From assembly GCA_024704765.1 (NCBI GenBank), contig JAKMXF010000099.1, forward strand, positions 734,419 through 798,418: DNA of 64,000 nucleotides, in the 5' to 3' direction. The notes under the pieces are model-generated. The model was not told where the DNA came from and ran no database searches. It saw nothing but the letters and a program-made list of their open reading frames with translations. The translations under genes and the position numbers were made by a program. The DNA comes from Oopsacas minuta (lineage: Eukaryota; Animalia; Porifera). Below are positions 39,801 to 53,554 of this stretch, piece by piece. The number at the start of each line of letters is the position of its first letter. Positions within the stretch are counted from its first letter, which is position 1.

Positions 39801-40471
39801 AATTGAAAATTGAGGTAGATATATCTTCGCCTAAATAATAGATCTGCAGTCAGGGACAAGACAGGACATCTGAATAGTCAAAATAAGTCTAGTTTAAATT
39901 AGTAAATGGATGATGAAAGTGGTAATGAAATTAGAACGTCCTAAGGTATTCGTAAAATTTTGTAAATATTAATTATGGGTGGATAAAAACATAATAAATT
40001 CCAAAGGTGCTACTTGATAGATTTGATGTTAGGACCTAGTATCTCTAAAAATAAACATATTTTAGCATTTACATCATACGATACTTATTATCGCAAGACA
40101 TAATGATTGATAACTTCTTTCACTACCATTATGGCGTCTATTTCTTAAATATTAACGGAAAATTGGAATGGCGATAAAAACGTACAAGTAAATTTCAGAG
40201 TATGAGTCAAAGTATTCTAATATGATTTACTAGATGTCTAAGGGGTTGAATTTATAAATTTATCATCAAATTTAAATTTCCTAAGCTGAAATTGAAAAGA
40301 TCAATATACAATATCTAATTAGCTAACCAATCCCTGGTCCAAATATTTTAAGCGCGCCATTGCCTTAGTGTATAGAATGCTATGATATCAACTTCCTTAA
40401 ATGTAATCATATTAATAGTGGTATAATTCTAAATAATATTGTAAAGTTTTATTTTCCATTTTGTATTTTAG

Positions 40472-41216
40472 ATATGAATTGATGCGTTGTTGTTGGCATG
40501 AAGACTCTCAAAGTCGACCTAGTTTTTGTGATTTGATTAAAAAAATTGTAGCTATAAGAAATTTGTACAATGGTGGGAAAACTCTTTCAATAAACTCTAT
40601 CAATTGTGACCAATTTATAAGTGCTGATTTATCTGGATCATTTGATTGGGAGTCTTCAACTCCAATTTCACCTAATAAACAAACCAAATCTGAACATGCC
40701 AGTATGTTCCCAACTAATTGTCGCAAGGATTTGAAAAACATTACCTCCGAAAATAATGAATGTATTGATTCATCGAATTCTACCGCTAGTTTGATGTCTG
40801 CCAATAAGTCGTCTCAATTTTATGTATCCGAAAATGAAAGTGTAATTGTGAATATAAAGGAACAAGATCAATCTGTTCAAATCGACTCATCAGTTGGATA
40901 TCAGGTACAGGGTAATCCTCAATCTTTAGTGATACATAAGGATGATTTGATTGAACCTAGCTTGAATCAGATTGCTTCGTTATTTCATACTTCATCTATC
41001 GATAATCGTAATATTATAATTCCTGACACTAAAACAGACAATCTTTCTTCGAGTTCTATTTTTCTCCAATCTCATATCACAAAGAATGTTAATGATGATA
41101 CCTTTATTGGAAATATTTTTCACGAAAGTATGACAATTGCAGATAAACAACGTGAGAAAGTACAAATTGATGTTGATTTCAAGAATAATGCAAGATGCTT
41201 AGAAACGGAGTTATGA
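40472..41216 (+). CDS. Kinase gene, last coding exon: subdomain XI plus ~220-aa Ser-rich tail
   Basis: Acceptor TTTTAG at 40466-40471. YELMRCCWHEDSQSRPSFCDLIKKI is followed by an open frame to ETEL-TGA. Confidence 0.93.
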
Positions 41217-43683
41217 TCTTTTTAATGAACCCTTATTGAATCCAATCATCCTGTTAATTCTATTTTGTCATTGTCTTTATTTGATTTTGTATATTTTCTC
41301 GAATACCAATTTATTCATACCCATTTAATTATTCAGGAATGGAATGAAATTTTGTTTATTGTTGCCTCGTAGTCAGGGATAGTCATACAGCCCATACTAG
41401 CTATACGACCATATGGCTGCATCATCTGCCAAAGCAACCCTACGCCAATTTGTTGGACCATCCGATCTTCGTGTAGCTTAATTTTTCAAGGTAAAGCAAT
41501 AATTGCTCAACCTACACTAAATTATTGCCGAAAATGTTCCATCGTAATCTTTACTATTTTTGATTAACCAATTTTCCAGGACATGAATTAACTTCATCAA
41601 TAGTGTTATATATTTTTCATCTTTTGTTTGAAACCCTACTTATAATGAATTTTAGTCAACTTTTGTCACGGGCGTAGCGCAGATGGGGGGCCAAGGACAC
41701 TTTTAGAGTGCATCACTTTATTTTCATCTCGCCCTTAACTTTCCTTTTCACGTATACAATTACTTCAGTGTATTACAAGAAATCTCCTCTATTTGCCCTG
41801 ATGTCACGGAATATATGGGCTGCGTCCAAATGAAAAATTCTTCGCTTATGAAGGAATAATCTTTTACCGGGGATTATAATTTGACGAAGCTGGGTATACT
41901 TTCTAGCCATTTTGTTAAACGACAATTTGTACCTATTCAGTGCCCCACAATTACTTTGATGATTTAGTAGACTCGTTTTATACAATGTCATTTAGAGGGT
42001 TAATGTGTATAATTGACTGGGCGGAAATCCCGGGGTAAGGGAAACACTGCCTACTGTTGAAGAATTTGGGATGATGATTAATGGTAATTTATCACTGATT
42101 TTCACATTCGTCCCCTACTTTTATATATTGATCCACCCGCTTCATTCTTATATACACTCCACAATATTTATACCAAGCATTCTTTGGAAGTTTATATGTA
42201 TAATGATAGACCAAAAATTTCCTTTATCAAAATCTATCTGAAAATTTCCACGAACTCCATATTTGTGGCATAACAGTGTGGACTATATTTCCCAGAGTCA
42301 TATAATGTTACCCTCTTAGTTTGTGAGAAATTGTCAATATATGCAAAGGCCACTGTTGGAAACATGTTTCAGCTCCACCGCCCGCATCGGATTTGGCTAC
42401 CGCACTAATATTGTCACATAGAGCCTACTCTACATAAGGCCTAACAGTAATATGTGGATTTACGCCTTGGGATGGGTTTACCGATGCTAACGATTAATTG
42501 CAGGCATAAGTTGTTTTGAGATAAATATAGTGTCTAAGTGATTTTAAGCATTCTGAATTCAGTATTTCGATTAATTCAATGATAATTAAGCTTTTATAGT
42601 TCATACCCCTTATTATACCAATATGATATTATACAGATAGTGATTTTGGAAATATATACAGAGGCATTATATGGTGAGCAACGAGAATACTACAAGTTAA
42701 GGTCCATATCAATATATTCTAGCACAGTGTTTTGAACCTTTTTGGCTATGGATCCTTTATCGAAATTCTCTTGACCCCCTCCCATTGACCATAATACTTC
42801 ACATGGACCCCCTATTACAAGCTGTGGACCCCAGGTCAGGAAAGAATATTTAGCCAGGTTAACTAATGAACAGAGTGACTGAATATTCTAATATATATGC
42901 GTTTTGACTCAAATTTAAGTTTGGCATATTTGTAGAAGAAATTGCAAAAGAAAATATGCTAAAGGGCTCGATTTGTTTTGGTGCCAACTTCACAATATTC
43001 TTATTGTTTAGTCTTTCCGGTCTTGCGCCAACCCGATTTTCTGAAGCGTTTAAGCAGGGCCGTGGATATCCATAACGGGCCCGGGTTAAGGCCATCGTAC
43101 TATTTCACAACAATATGAGTCTTACACTTGGATTAACAAATCTGGAAGATACTGGTACATTGTGTCAATCAAGTTTTTAAGTCAATGCTATTTCGCTAAA
43201 TGAATTGCTTTGGAAATCAAAAACAATTGCTACAGTTGGTATTCCTGGCATATACTTACTGCTAATGGCTAACCGTACAAGATTTTGCATATATCTGTTG
43301 CTCTGTACAGACGTACAGGGATTTAGTAGATTTGTACATGAATTTTAGTTGAGACACTAACTGACTATGAGCCCAATAATCTAAACTCCTAAAGTATGTA
43401 CATTATGTGGTGTATTTCAACAGTTCTTATTCAAGTGTAGAGGGATTTCCGTTACAGTCTATAAAATCACATGTTTCTCCTTTCCAAATTACTCAAGTGC
43501 ATATTGACTATCTGAACTCGCGAGCGCAACGGCCATAGAAATATTTGTGGGTGTAAATGGTTCGGGCCAATGCAAAGAGGAAATGAGAGTTCCATACAAT
43601 TGTATGATACAAATGTATTCGCACTTTACAGGTATGAAATAAGTATGACTTTTGATATCTCGCATGAAGGTTGGTATTGATTA

Positions 43684-45906
43684 CACAGGCGTACACCTTT
43701 TAGTTGTATTGATTTTGTCAACTGATATATACTAATTCTGTGTTGCTGATTCCGATTATTAAGTCAGTTTCTCCCTAATGCGTCAAGTTATCTCACAATC
43801 CCATTACTACATTTATAGAACAAAATTGGTTTCAACCCTTATATGTTAGATTGTATCAATTAAATTTCTGAAAATGTCAGTATTTCATTCGCTAAGAACA
43901 ATTATATAATTGTTACTAATATGAATGGAAGAAAGTGGTACTATAAATATGTAATATGAGCACTATTCGATCTAAAAATTTTCTCTTGTTTGACTTTCTT
44001 GAATGTTGTTCGTTAGGACAATTTCTTTTTAGGTACCAACAGTAATCTGCCATCATATGTGGTCCCATCTTCATTGATATCGCTGTTCCATCACTTTTAT
44101 GTCTTGATGGAATCGTTCACCTTGTTCTTCACTCATATTACCTAGATTACCCGGAAATCTGTCAAGATGGTCTCTCAAATAATGAATTTTAATGCTCATA
44201 TTACAGCCTAGAGCATGATAGCTGTCGACTAACTCTGTGACTAGTTCTTTGTAGTTGGATGCCTTTTTATTACCAAGGAATTAGAAACGACATTAGAGAA
44301 AGCCTGCCACGCTGTCTTCTCTTCCTCGTTCATTGAATCTTTGAAGCTGTTGTCCCTAAGTAACTTGCGAATCTGTGTACCTTCAAATATCCCTGCCGTT
44401 TTCTTCTCTTCACTGATTTCTGGAAAATAATTTCGGATATACTAAAAACAATATCTGTCTTTATCCAGTGCTATGATGAATTCTTCATTAAACCAAGCTT
44501 AATGTGGAGAGGAGGTAGAATTATTTTATTTGTATGTACCAGAGGGTTATTAATTACATTTTTGTCCGCTACTTGCAAACATTCTCTCGGAGGCCACTTT
44601 CCCTTATCCAATGCTGTTCCTACCTCTACTGTCCCAATAACAAAGAAAACAGGGGCACTTAGTGAACCCAGATTGTTGTCCTAATAGAAAGTTGACCATT
44701 TTGAGATCAACACAGATGACCCAATCATGTGCAGTGTAATTAGTAATCTCTAATATCTCTTTCACATTATTGTACTCCTCTTTGAGTTTAACTGAATATC
44801 CTATAGGAAATGAACCGAATATATTTCAACTATGGAGTAGTACACATTTCAGACTCCTTTTGGAGCTGTCAATAAACAGCCTCTAGTCACTTGGATTGTA
44901 GTTCGGAACTCCCATTGCCAGTAGACGACCCTCAACATTTGGACAAAACACCAAACTATTCCTTTCGCAGAAATACTGTTGAAACTCTTGCTCCCTGTAA
45001 TGATATGATGTTACTTTTTGTTCCTTGATGGAGTAGGTTCTTTTCTTTCAATCTAGATGCAAGCAACTCAGAAGATTCTTTCGAGAGGTCAAGGTCACGA
45101 ATTAAATCATTCAATTCCGCTTGGTTAAAGAGAGAAGGCTCCGAGGAAGGACCTTGAAAATCAACATCATATTCACAGTCATGATCATTGACTTCTTCCG
45201 AATTGGCACCATCTTCATCATCATAGAGTCCGAGAAATTCTGTGAATATTGGTACAGGTAGATCACTATAATGAGGGACTGGTCGAATAGCAGATTCTAA
45301 ATTTGGGTAATCCAGTAGGTGTCTGTCACTCTTTTTGCAGCCCATAACATTTACCATGCAAAAATAACAATCATCGGAATGATTTTTGGATTCTCTCCAA
45401 ATCATAGGAATTCCGAAAGGGAGGTGTTTCTCTTTACCTTTACTCCAAGACCTCAAGAATTCTACACAAGATTTACAGACCTTATGAGGTGCCCAACTTT
45501 TGTCCTGGTCGCCCAGCTTAACTTTGTAATACGCATGGTAAGCTCTATTCACAATTTCAGTAATATTCTGCATCTGAAGTTTCGGAGTATAGAAACCACA
45601 AATATAACAAAAAATGTCTGGACAATTGAAACACTTTCTTTTCGACGTATCAACAAAAAAGAATAACAGACTAGTTAAAAGCCAATAAGCAAATAAGACT
45701 ATTTGAATATATATACTATGTACATAATGTTATTGTTGTAATATGTAATCATGATGAATTTTTGGCAAAATCGAAATTTTTCTGAAGATGTAGCTATATG
45801 TTTGTGAAAAAACTGAATAGATATTCAAAATCAGCGCACCTAAATTAGTCTAAATCAGTGATCAAAATATAAACAACTGCAATATAATATTTTTTGTAGG
45901 CCTGTG
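43684..45906 (-). mobile_element. Chapaev3-type (CMC) transposon, 2223 bp, complete ends, frameshifted transposase
   Basis: TTA|CACAGGCGTACA ... TGTAGGCCTGTG|TTA (3-bp TWA TSD, CAC termini). LGDQDKSWAPH...PMIWRE...DDCYFC, WVICVDLKMVNFLLGQQ, CNMSIKIHYL...EQGERFHQD. Confidence 0.88.
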
Positions 45907-47025
45907 TTATACTTAGAAACTCCTGACCTGTATTAGGTGGAGAGAGAGGGAAAACCTGGTGAGATCCAACCCCGGGCCCGTGCTCACTAAATTTTTGCAC
46001 CCCTGCCCACATTCCCGACGCTACTGTGTCTAAGTATGAGGCGCAAGGAGGGAGAGTGACGGTTCAGTTTAGGACCGGTAGGTTTCCCTCATTCTGAATC
46101 TACATCTCAGACACCAGTTAGTCTAACTTCTCCAGGGATCTCCCAAGCATTCACCTCACTTGGATTGTCTCCTACAACATTTCAAGAACAAGATTGTCTT
46201 CGAGTTGATAAATGCATGGGACACCCTCGAAAGCGTTGTTCTATGGATATACCATATACAACTTGTATTCCTTCTCTTATGATGTGGAATAACCGAGCAG
46301 GTCTTTACGAAAATTTGAGATTTTCAACTATTTATTTATTATATATTCATAAAAACTATAATAAGTTGCTTATTAGAAACTAGAAAACTCGAAATTCGGA
46401 TTCAGGGTATTTAGTTACTCCTGGATAGCCGTTTAGAGTAAGCTTGTATGTATATTTTATAATCTTGCTAATTTGTCTACATATATTCATAAAATTAACA
46501 ATACATTTACATATGATTATCTTAAAGCTTGAAATCGGATTCAGCATGTTCGATATATTTGGTGTAGTTTAATTCTATTTACTTCCTTGATAAACATGAT
46601 AAATATATAGTTATGCGGCAATTATAAAATTGCATGCCCTAAATCCTTCCCTTGACAATGGATAAACAGAAAAACATATAAACAGACAAACAAATAACAA
46701 TTGAGATTTAATGATATAAATAATATTTATATGTAAATATATTGTTTTTTTATCAATATCCAGGAAACAATTAGCAACATCTTAAAATTTCGTAGATACT
46801 AGCTCTCAACGGCTACAAAGGGGTTAATCTTACAAAATAATTCAATAATATAGGCCATATACTTATATTAGTGGATTACATTGTTCTAAATATATCTATT
46901 ACAATACTTAAAGGGGCCGTCAATTTGGAGGACAATGGATACCTCAAGGCGGAATGCGACGAGCCAAAGGCTCATAGATATGTATATTCACATGTTATTT
47001 CAATCTACTAATATAGGCGAATTTG

Positions 47026-47530
47026 CTAGGGTGCGACCCGTAAAGCCCGTGGTCCGTGGCCCGCTATCAAAGCCCGCGGCCCGCATATTTATTCCACCAG
47101 CCCGTGATTTAGGAAATTTGTTTATTTTATGGCACTGTTGGCTGAATTCGTGAATGTATTCTCAAAGAATTGAGAATTCCTATAAATTCCGCGTTATAAG
47201 ATGCGGGAAATCGTGTGCGCAAATAGTATATATATGAAACTTTATATATATGCAACACTTTGATTGTTTCGTTAGTTACAGATAACACTGACATGATTCT
47301 ACCTCTCTATGAGGATTATTAGATTAAACGAAAATAACATTTATAATACTTGTGATACTTACATATACTAAAATAGTAATAATTTCATGACCTAATTCTA
47401 TAATTAAAGTATATTCATCATCTGTAAAATTGTCTTTTTGACTCTTTTCAGCCCGTTTTGTGCCCACGGCCCGTGGAAAAAGCCCGCAGCCCGTGATTTA
47501 CAATAAAGCCCGCACGGGGTCGCACCCTAG
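47026..47530. mobile_element. hAT-like MITE (~505 bp) with GCCCG subterminal repeats
   Basis: CTAGGGTGCGACCC TIR (14 bp); flanking direct repeat GCGAATTTGC; about ten GCCCG(C/T) motifs clustered near both ends. Confidence 0.85.
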
Positions 47531-48479
47531 CGAATTTGCAAAATTATTTCATTCTCATCCACCCACTAGTATTATTTCTCGTGTTTTCGGAAGTATAAAT
47601 AGTTATTGATAATATAATTGTTATTATTATATACGGCGTAGCTGTTAGCGGATTGACAAACGCTCTGAAGGGTTGCTAATTACCAAATACAAATACAGAA
47701 GTAGGGACAACCTATAGCCACTCTACATGCTTGGAGGTCGGTGGTTGCTCGTCGTACTTTTGATAAGACTTTCAGGATTATGTTCTCGATTTGTTTCGTC
47801 GCCAATTTCAAATCACTCTTTGTGTGTCTAGTCTTTCCGACTCTTGCATCAATCCGAGCATTCAGAAGGGTGTAGGTATGAGGCCGAGGGAGGGTCATGA
47901 CGGTTCAATTTGGGGTTCGCATACTATTGAGGGACCTTACACCTATATTTATGTACTATCTCTATAGATTCGAAAACAAACCAGGGGTGCTCGAGCCTTC
48001 CCTACCCCACCAAACCCGTTAGGGAAGTAGTGATTTAGTGATCCATGCCCCTAAAACACTAGCGATATGGTAATTGGGGAGGGATGAAGTTTCTTGGGTG
48101 AGGGGCAAGCACGTTTTAAGTACGCTAGCGATTTAGGGATCCTCGGTCCTGTGTGGAATACTAGCGATGTAGTAAATAGCTCCTCTGAGACAACATCTTT
48201 GGGCAGTGATAACCTTTTCGCTCATCACAGTAAAAAATATGAACCAACACCATGGCCAGTGAGGAGATACGGAAATTGTGAATATTCTAGGCATTCCTCG
48301 AAATTGTTAATATTGAACAGATTCGCAGATATTATCCAAATGTGTACAAGTGTTCGAATTTGATTTTCTTCCAATCAATTTAGATAATTTGCATGGTCAC
48401 AGATGACGTCAAATGAATCAAGTTCGAGTTATGAAGAGTATAACTTCGAATAGCAGGGTGATTTCTGAGACTAATCACA

Positions 48480-49350
48480 GTTTTCTTTTACAGTAGGGAC
48501 TGCCATCTCTGATGCCGCTAAACAGCTACGCGAAAGATCAAACTGTGAAGCATCACCTGATCCTAACGCTACTAACGTAACCGTCAGCTTCGATAGCTCC
48601 TGGAAGACCAGAGGATCCTATTCCAACAAAGGTTTCGGTGCTGTTATCTCTACCGAAATCAAGAAGGTAATGGACTATGAAATCACTAGCCGTCTCTTTG
48701 AGAAATGCTCTATCTGGACAGAGGAGAAACGGAAAGATCGATTAGTCGAGAACGAGAGTAGTTAGAACGTCAAAATCTAAACTGGGCGGAGCAATCGAAC
48801 TACACTGGATCTTCTCAAGGAATTGAGCCTAAAATAGCCAACAGGATTGGGGAACGCTACTTAGAGAAGAAGCTTCAAAAAGTTTTCAGAGGTGAAATAA
48901 CTAAATGCATACAATCTTGTGAAGATTCGATAAGAGTAATGTAAAACGCATGTAGTCGAGCGTCTGGAGAAGAAGAGCAGTGCGAAAAATAACACTTCGG
49001 TACAACACGCACTACCTGGATGGAAGGCTGATTATATCGCTGCAAATTCCTCTAGTGTCATCTATTAACACCGTGGTTTAACATCAATCAAGCTGTGTTC
49101 TGCTCTACATATACTAGCTGATAATGAGGTAGGGGATCATTCTGGTTGTCTTACTGGAGAGAAATCATGGTGTGGGTGGAGAAACCTATCAGGTTCTTCA
49201 GCACATACTGCTCTGACAATCTTCAAACCAATTGACATAGAATGGTGGAAGAAGTATTCAATACTTATGCGACAGAAGAATTCCGTGGCCATCTGACATT
49301 AAGACTGACTCAAAATGATAACGAATCCTTCTACAGTCTGTTACATAATT
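48480..49350 (+). pseudogene. Kolobok-like DDE transposase relic
   Basis: VTVSFDSSWKTRG..S.KG....ISTEIKKVMDYE, NYTGSSQG.E and TQNDNESF resemble the DGxWxxRG / GSSxxME / TQNxNES motifs. Confidence 0.65.
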
Positions 49351-49599
49351 ATTTAGAATGGAGATGTTTTGTTACAAAACCTCAGTGCTTTGTCTTACTT
49401 CACTCAGGCTACTTGTGTTTCGCTGTCCATAATGGCTTAATGATATATTTTGCTAAAATTCCCTGAACCAAGTCATTATCTTATTTTTCCGGAAATTTTA
49501 CTCTTTAATATTAACTATGACGTCATTTTAATGTTCATTTTGACCGCCATTACTATTATTTACCATAATTATTTCCCTACTTGACAATTAGCTCTGAAA

Positions 49600-50571
49600 A
49601 TGACTCAATACGAGAAGAGGGAAATTGTGAAGACACTTCTACAATCCGGGAAGCTTTTGCCCAGAGAAATCTCTGTTAATTGTGGAATTTCCTTAGCTAC
49701 AGTTTATAATGTTAAACGCCGATTAGATGAAGGTGTACCGCTATCTCACCAAAAGGGCGCAGGGAAACCCAATAACTTGCGATCTTCCATCAAATTGTCT
49801 ATTTTTCACCGGGTACGATGTAAACCATACCTCTCTTTGCGAACATTAGTAAATCGTACAGGTAGTAAGGCTTCCTATCAGACTGTCCGGAGAGTGTTGA
49901 AGGACAAATCTTACAACAAACCTCACCCTGTTCAGATCCATATGCTGAGTGAAAAAATCGCATTTACCGGATAGAATGGGCAAAAAGTACAAATACTCGA
50001 AGAAACAATGGCCCCAAACAATATTTCTTGACGAGATGTCAATCTGGCTCTCAAGGGGAAGATTAAGGATGTGGATAAAATCCATCAAAAAATGGATCGC
50101 CCCAACATTGAACCATGTCCCAAAGATGCACGTGTGGGCTGCATTCTCATCTATGGGTACATTCCCATTGTGTGTTTTCACTAACAATATGAACAGTGAA
50201 ATGTTTTTAGATATAATGGGAGGATATTTGATAACTCAGGCACAGGTATATCATGAAAGTCACTGGCGATTGGTGATGGATAATGATCCAAAACCCACCT
50301 CGCAAAAGGTCCGAACCTGGTGACACATAATGTACCAAATCAGATTCCATGGCCTTCACAGAGTCCAGATCTTAACCCAATTGAAAATTTATTCGCATGG
50401 GTAAAGCTAGAGATACTTAAGCTAGGCCCAAGGACAATTCCAGAACTGAAACTTAATTTAGAAGCAGTCTGGAATCGTATTCAACCAGATTTTCTTAAAG
50501 CGTACTGGGAATCAATGCCCAGAAGATGCCAATTAGTAGTAGAGGGCAACGGGCATCCTATTAATTATTAA
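49600..50571 (+). pseudogene. Tc1-like DD34E transposase, frameshifted
   Basis: IFLDEMSIWL, LVMDNDPK, WPSQSPDLNPIE (34 spacing when the frameshift is bridged), split over three ORFs. TIRs not found. Confidence 0.9.
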
Positions 50572-50699
50572 GATCTATTACTTCACTCTCAATTTGAGGT
50601 ATATATGGTAATGTATACTGTAACTCTAATAATTTTCGGCTTAGTAACAATTCTAAATAAATATGTAACAGACTGTATAACACAATATGGAGTCTCTGT

Positions 50700-51321
50700 C
50701 CCCAAAACAAGTTCTTATCACCTCAATCTATTTAGGATTAACACTGCAATCGCGGTCCTAACCTTTAAAGAAGTGGAACTTTCACTATTCGGAATCCTGA
50801 CTGACCTTGGCGGACTTATAGTGCAATTCTGAAACAAGAATACTGGTCAGATTATTATCGATGAGCTCAGAAGAAATCGAATTATCAAAGACGAAGAAGA
50901 AGAGCGAGACTATAAAAGCAGCAAAGTGAGATTGCCCTGTTGAAAGCAGAAGGCGGGAGAAGCTATAATGGGAGGCAGTTTGGGGCTGAGAATTCCCCAA
51001 GGAAAAATGTGTCTGCGCTCGAGGACGGATCTGTATAACAGGTAGAGCAGGTACTGGAGTGAAGACAAGTGCGAGGGAGCGTGGGTTTCTCCTGTTCCCA
51101 CTCGGTCTTCTAGCTCAGCCAGCAGCTCTGACGAGTCGGATACCCTGTGTAGTATATACCACAAGATAGAACCAGAACCTGTGACAAAGAGGAAACTTAG
51201 AAAGAATCAATCCGATTGGATATAATGTGACAACTGCTCTGAATGGGTTCATTGTTATTGTGCTAACGTGGACATTAATACCGTGTCTAAAGCATCTCTA
51301 TATTGTGATACGTGTTCTTGA
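50700..51321 (+). pseudogene. Relic ending in a PHD-like zinc finger, probably a pogo-type transposase C-terminus
   Basis: ...SSSDESDTLCSIY...DWI*CDNCSEWVHCYCANVDINTVSKASLYCDTCS*, preceded by a charged low-complexity region. Confidence 0.6.
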
Positions 51322-52166
51322 AAGATCGGGTCATTAACTTTTAAATCTACCAACTAGTGATCGACAAACTGAATATTTCCGAATATTGGTATTCAACAGA
51401 AATCGAATAGTTGTTCCGAACGTTGTTTGAGGCTATATTATTTCCTAATTATTTTCGGCTTAGTGTATCGAATCATATTTTAATTATTCGGTTGATAGAT
51501 GATCCGTCCATAATATTCAGTGGAAAACTATTTCGATCACTACTACTTCCCAAGCTCAACGTTATCTCTTGTATAATTTAGTAATTACCAGATGATAACT
51601 AGACCTCACTACGAGTATACATCCCAATATGGTGTCTTAATCTCTAAAGGTGTGAACAGAAGATAAACAAGATTACAACTAATATCAAAAGATCAACGGA
51701 CACGAAATGTTCGCAGGCCGCATAGTTCAAGCCCGCGGCAGCTTATTTCTACCATTCAGTGATAAATTTGTATAGGCCGAAGACACCTAGAAAAAGGTTC
51801 TGCAGGAGCGAGCAAAAGGGGCGCAGGAAGGGTGATTCTCGGCTAGTAATGGTTAAAGTACATCTCGAATTATTCATTATCTATCAGTTCGTCTGAAGAG
51901 ACCATCCAAATTGTAATTTCTATAAATATGTTTGGAGAATGATGAAGTTCGACGACTGCGATGCGAGTCGACTAATCTCGGCTATGTTTGGCCTAGCCTG
52001 TTAAAAAATAATTTTACAGTAACTAGGTGTTAGTTAGTGTAAAATGTACAATGGTCAATGAAGGAAAATTTAAAATCTGATTCTCTAGACGCCATATTAG
52101 AGTAACTCTAACACAGCTTGCCGGATGGACGTACTCTCTCATCTTTGGGGTTACCCGTATCAACTA

Positions 52167-53230
52167 CTTGGGGCATTCAAAAAGTTCCCATCTTTGTTGA
52201 ATATCTGGAAACTACAAGAACTTACTGATCAAATTTCTACAAAAAAAATAACGTTGGAAATACTTCCCCCTACATCGATGCATAGTTGTAGCTTTTCAAC
52301 CCACTTCGAAAATGAATTTGTGTGCTCGTCTCTGTCTACTGAATTGAGGTAGTGTTAAAGTCAGTTTCCTAGCTCTTGTCGGGTATGAAATAGCAACCTC
52401 CGAGATATTTTTCAGCTCAAGAAATAGCCAGATTCACCAGGTGATAAATTTGGGGAATACGGATGATGTTTCATCGTTTCAAACCCGATATCCTCAATGA
52501 CTTCCCTAACATATTTTGAAACATGAGGTCTGGCATTATCGTGGAGAAGTTTGATTCCTCGAGTTCTTGAACGTGGACGTCGTGTTTTATAGAGTTTCTC
52601 GACTTCTCTCAGGCATATATCTTCGAAAATTCTCCATTGATTCGTTCTCATTTAGGCACTGGTATTTGAGCCACTGGCCCATACGCATCAAAACATATGC
52701 TCTAGAGAACCTTATCGTCTCGTAAGTCCGGACGTCCTTTTCGGGGGATAAGAATCTTGGGGGAGCCACCATTTGTTTTGTTCCTTACGCAGAGGTTCAA
52801 CGAATGTAATCCTATTATCGTCACCAGTAACGATTTCATATAATCTTCGAGAATCACAATTTCTATATTCTTTAAGCAATGGTTTTGCACGTGAAACCCT
52901 CTTCTCCTCTCGTCCCTTTGTGAGGATTTTTGGTATTCATCGCGCTGAAATCTTTCGATACTCGAGATAATCGTGTAGAATTCTTTGACCACTTCCCGAT
53001 GAGATGTCCAGGATTAGGGCAATCTCTTCAACGCTCAAAAGGGGGTCAACATCGAATAGTTCCATAATTTGAGACGCAATTTCAGGGGTGGTAGCGGAAA
53101 TTGGTCTTTAGGTCAGAGGGTCATCTTCAATGCTGCCTCTATTTGCCTTGAAATTAATGTCCCTTCCTTTAGAGTGGGATACGCTAGAGCTTCCCCATGA
53201 TAAACGGCGACTAGTTCCTCATGTATCTAG
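52167..53230 (-). mobile_element. Decayed mariner, family B
   Basis: SIEDDPL..RP, SRRLYEIVTGD, RPDLRD, LLHDNARPH, HHPYSPNLSP; 3' TIR-like GGGCATTCAAAAGTTCC. Confidence 0.88.
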
Positions 53231-53554
53231 AGTGATTTGTCGCCGAGTACGGTACGAATCTTTTGTAAGCTCGTTGTTCGGTTTTGCTTGATATGTGTTT
53301 TGAAGCCACGAAAGGTTGACTCTAAAATAGGTAAAATTGAAAGTAGGATAGATCAGGATATATAATAGCTAGATTGAATTGCTCAACAGCATTAACTAGG
53401 TAATCGATAGTTAGTTCGTGAATTTCTTCGCAACGATTTCTGCTGCAATATTAAGGCATAGCCAACTGAAGACAAGGCGTGATCACGGAGTCAATTTTCA
53501 TTGGAACAGGGATAGAAGTATGTGGGTATATTTTGATAGGCAATTCTACACATA

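Larger units (their letters stand above)
14494..40471 (+). other. Intron of the kinase gene (25,978 bp), TE-filled
   Basis: GTTAGT ... TTTTCCATTTTGTATTTTAG; the junction AT|A gives Ile and the contiguous reading PEIYELMRCCW. Confidence 0.9.

Noticed and set aside
40461-40471. TTG start of the 251-aa ORF as an independent gene
   Set aside because: This is the intron acceptor region; the ORF begins mid-kinase (subdomain XI) and splices in frame to the upstream exons.
40508-40804. 98-aa antisense ORF overlapping the kinase exon (similarly 12531-12812, 27700-27981, 34482-34712)
   Set aside because: Antisense shadows of real or former coding sequence; no motifs.
51100-51321. PHD finger (WVHCYC...YCDTC) as a RAG2-like partner of the RAG1-like relic
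   Set aside because: It is 7 kb upstream on the same strand, separated by unrelated TEs, and preceded by charged low-complexity sequence rather than kelch repeats. C-terminal PHD fingers are common in pogo-type transposases.
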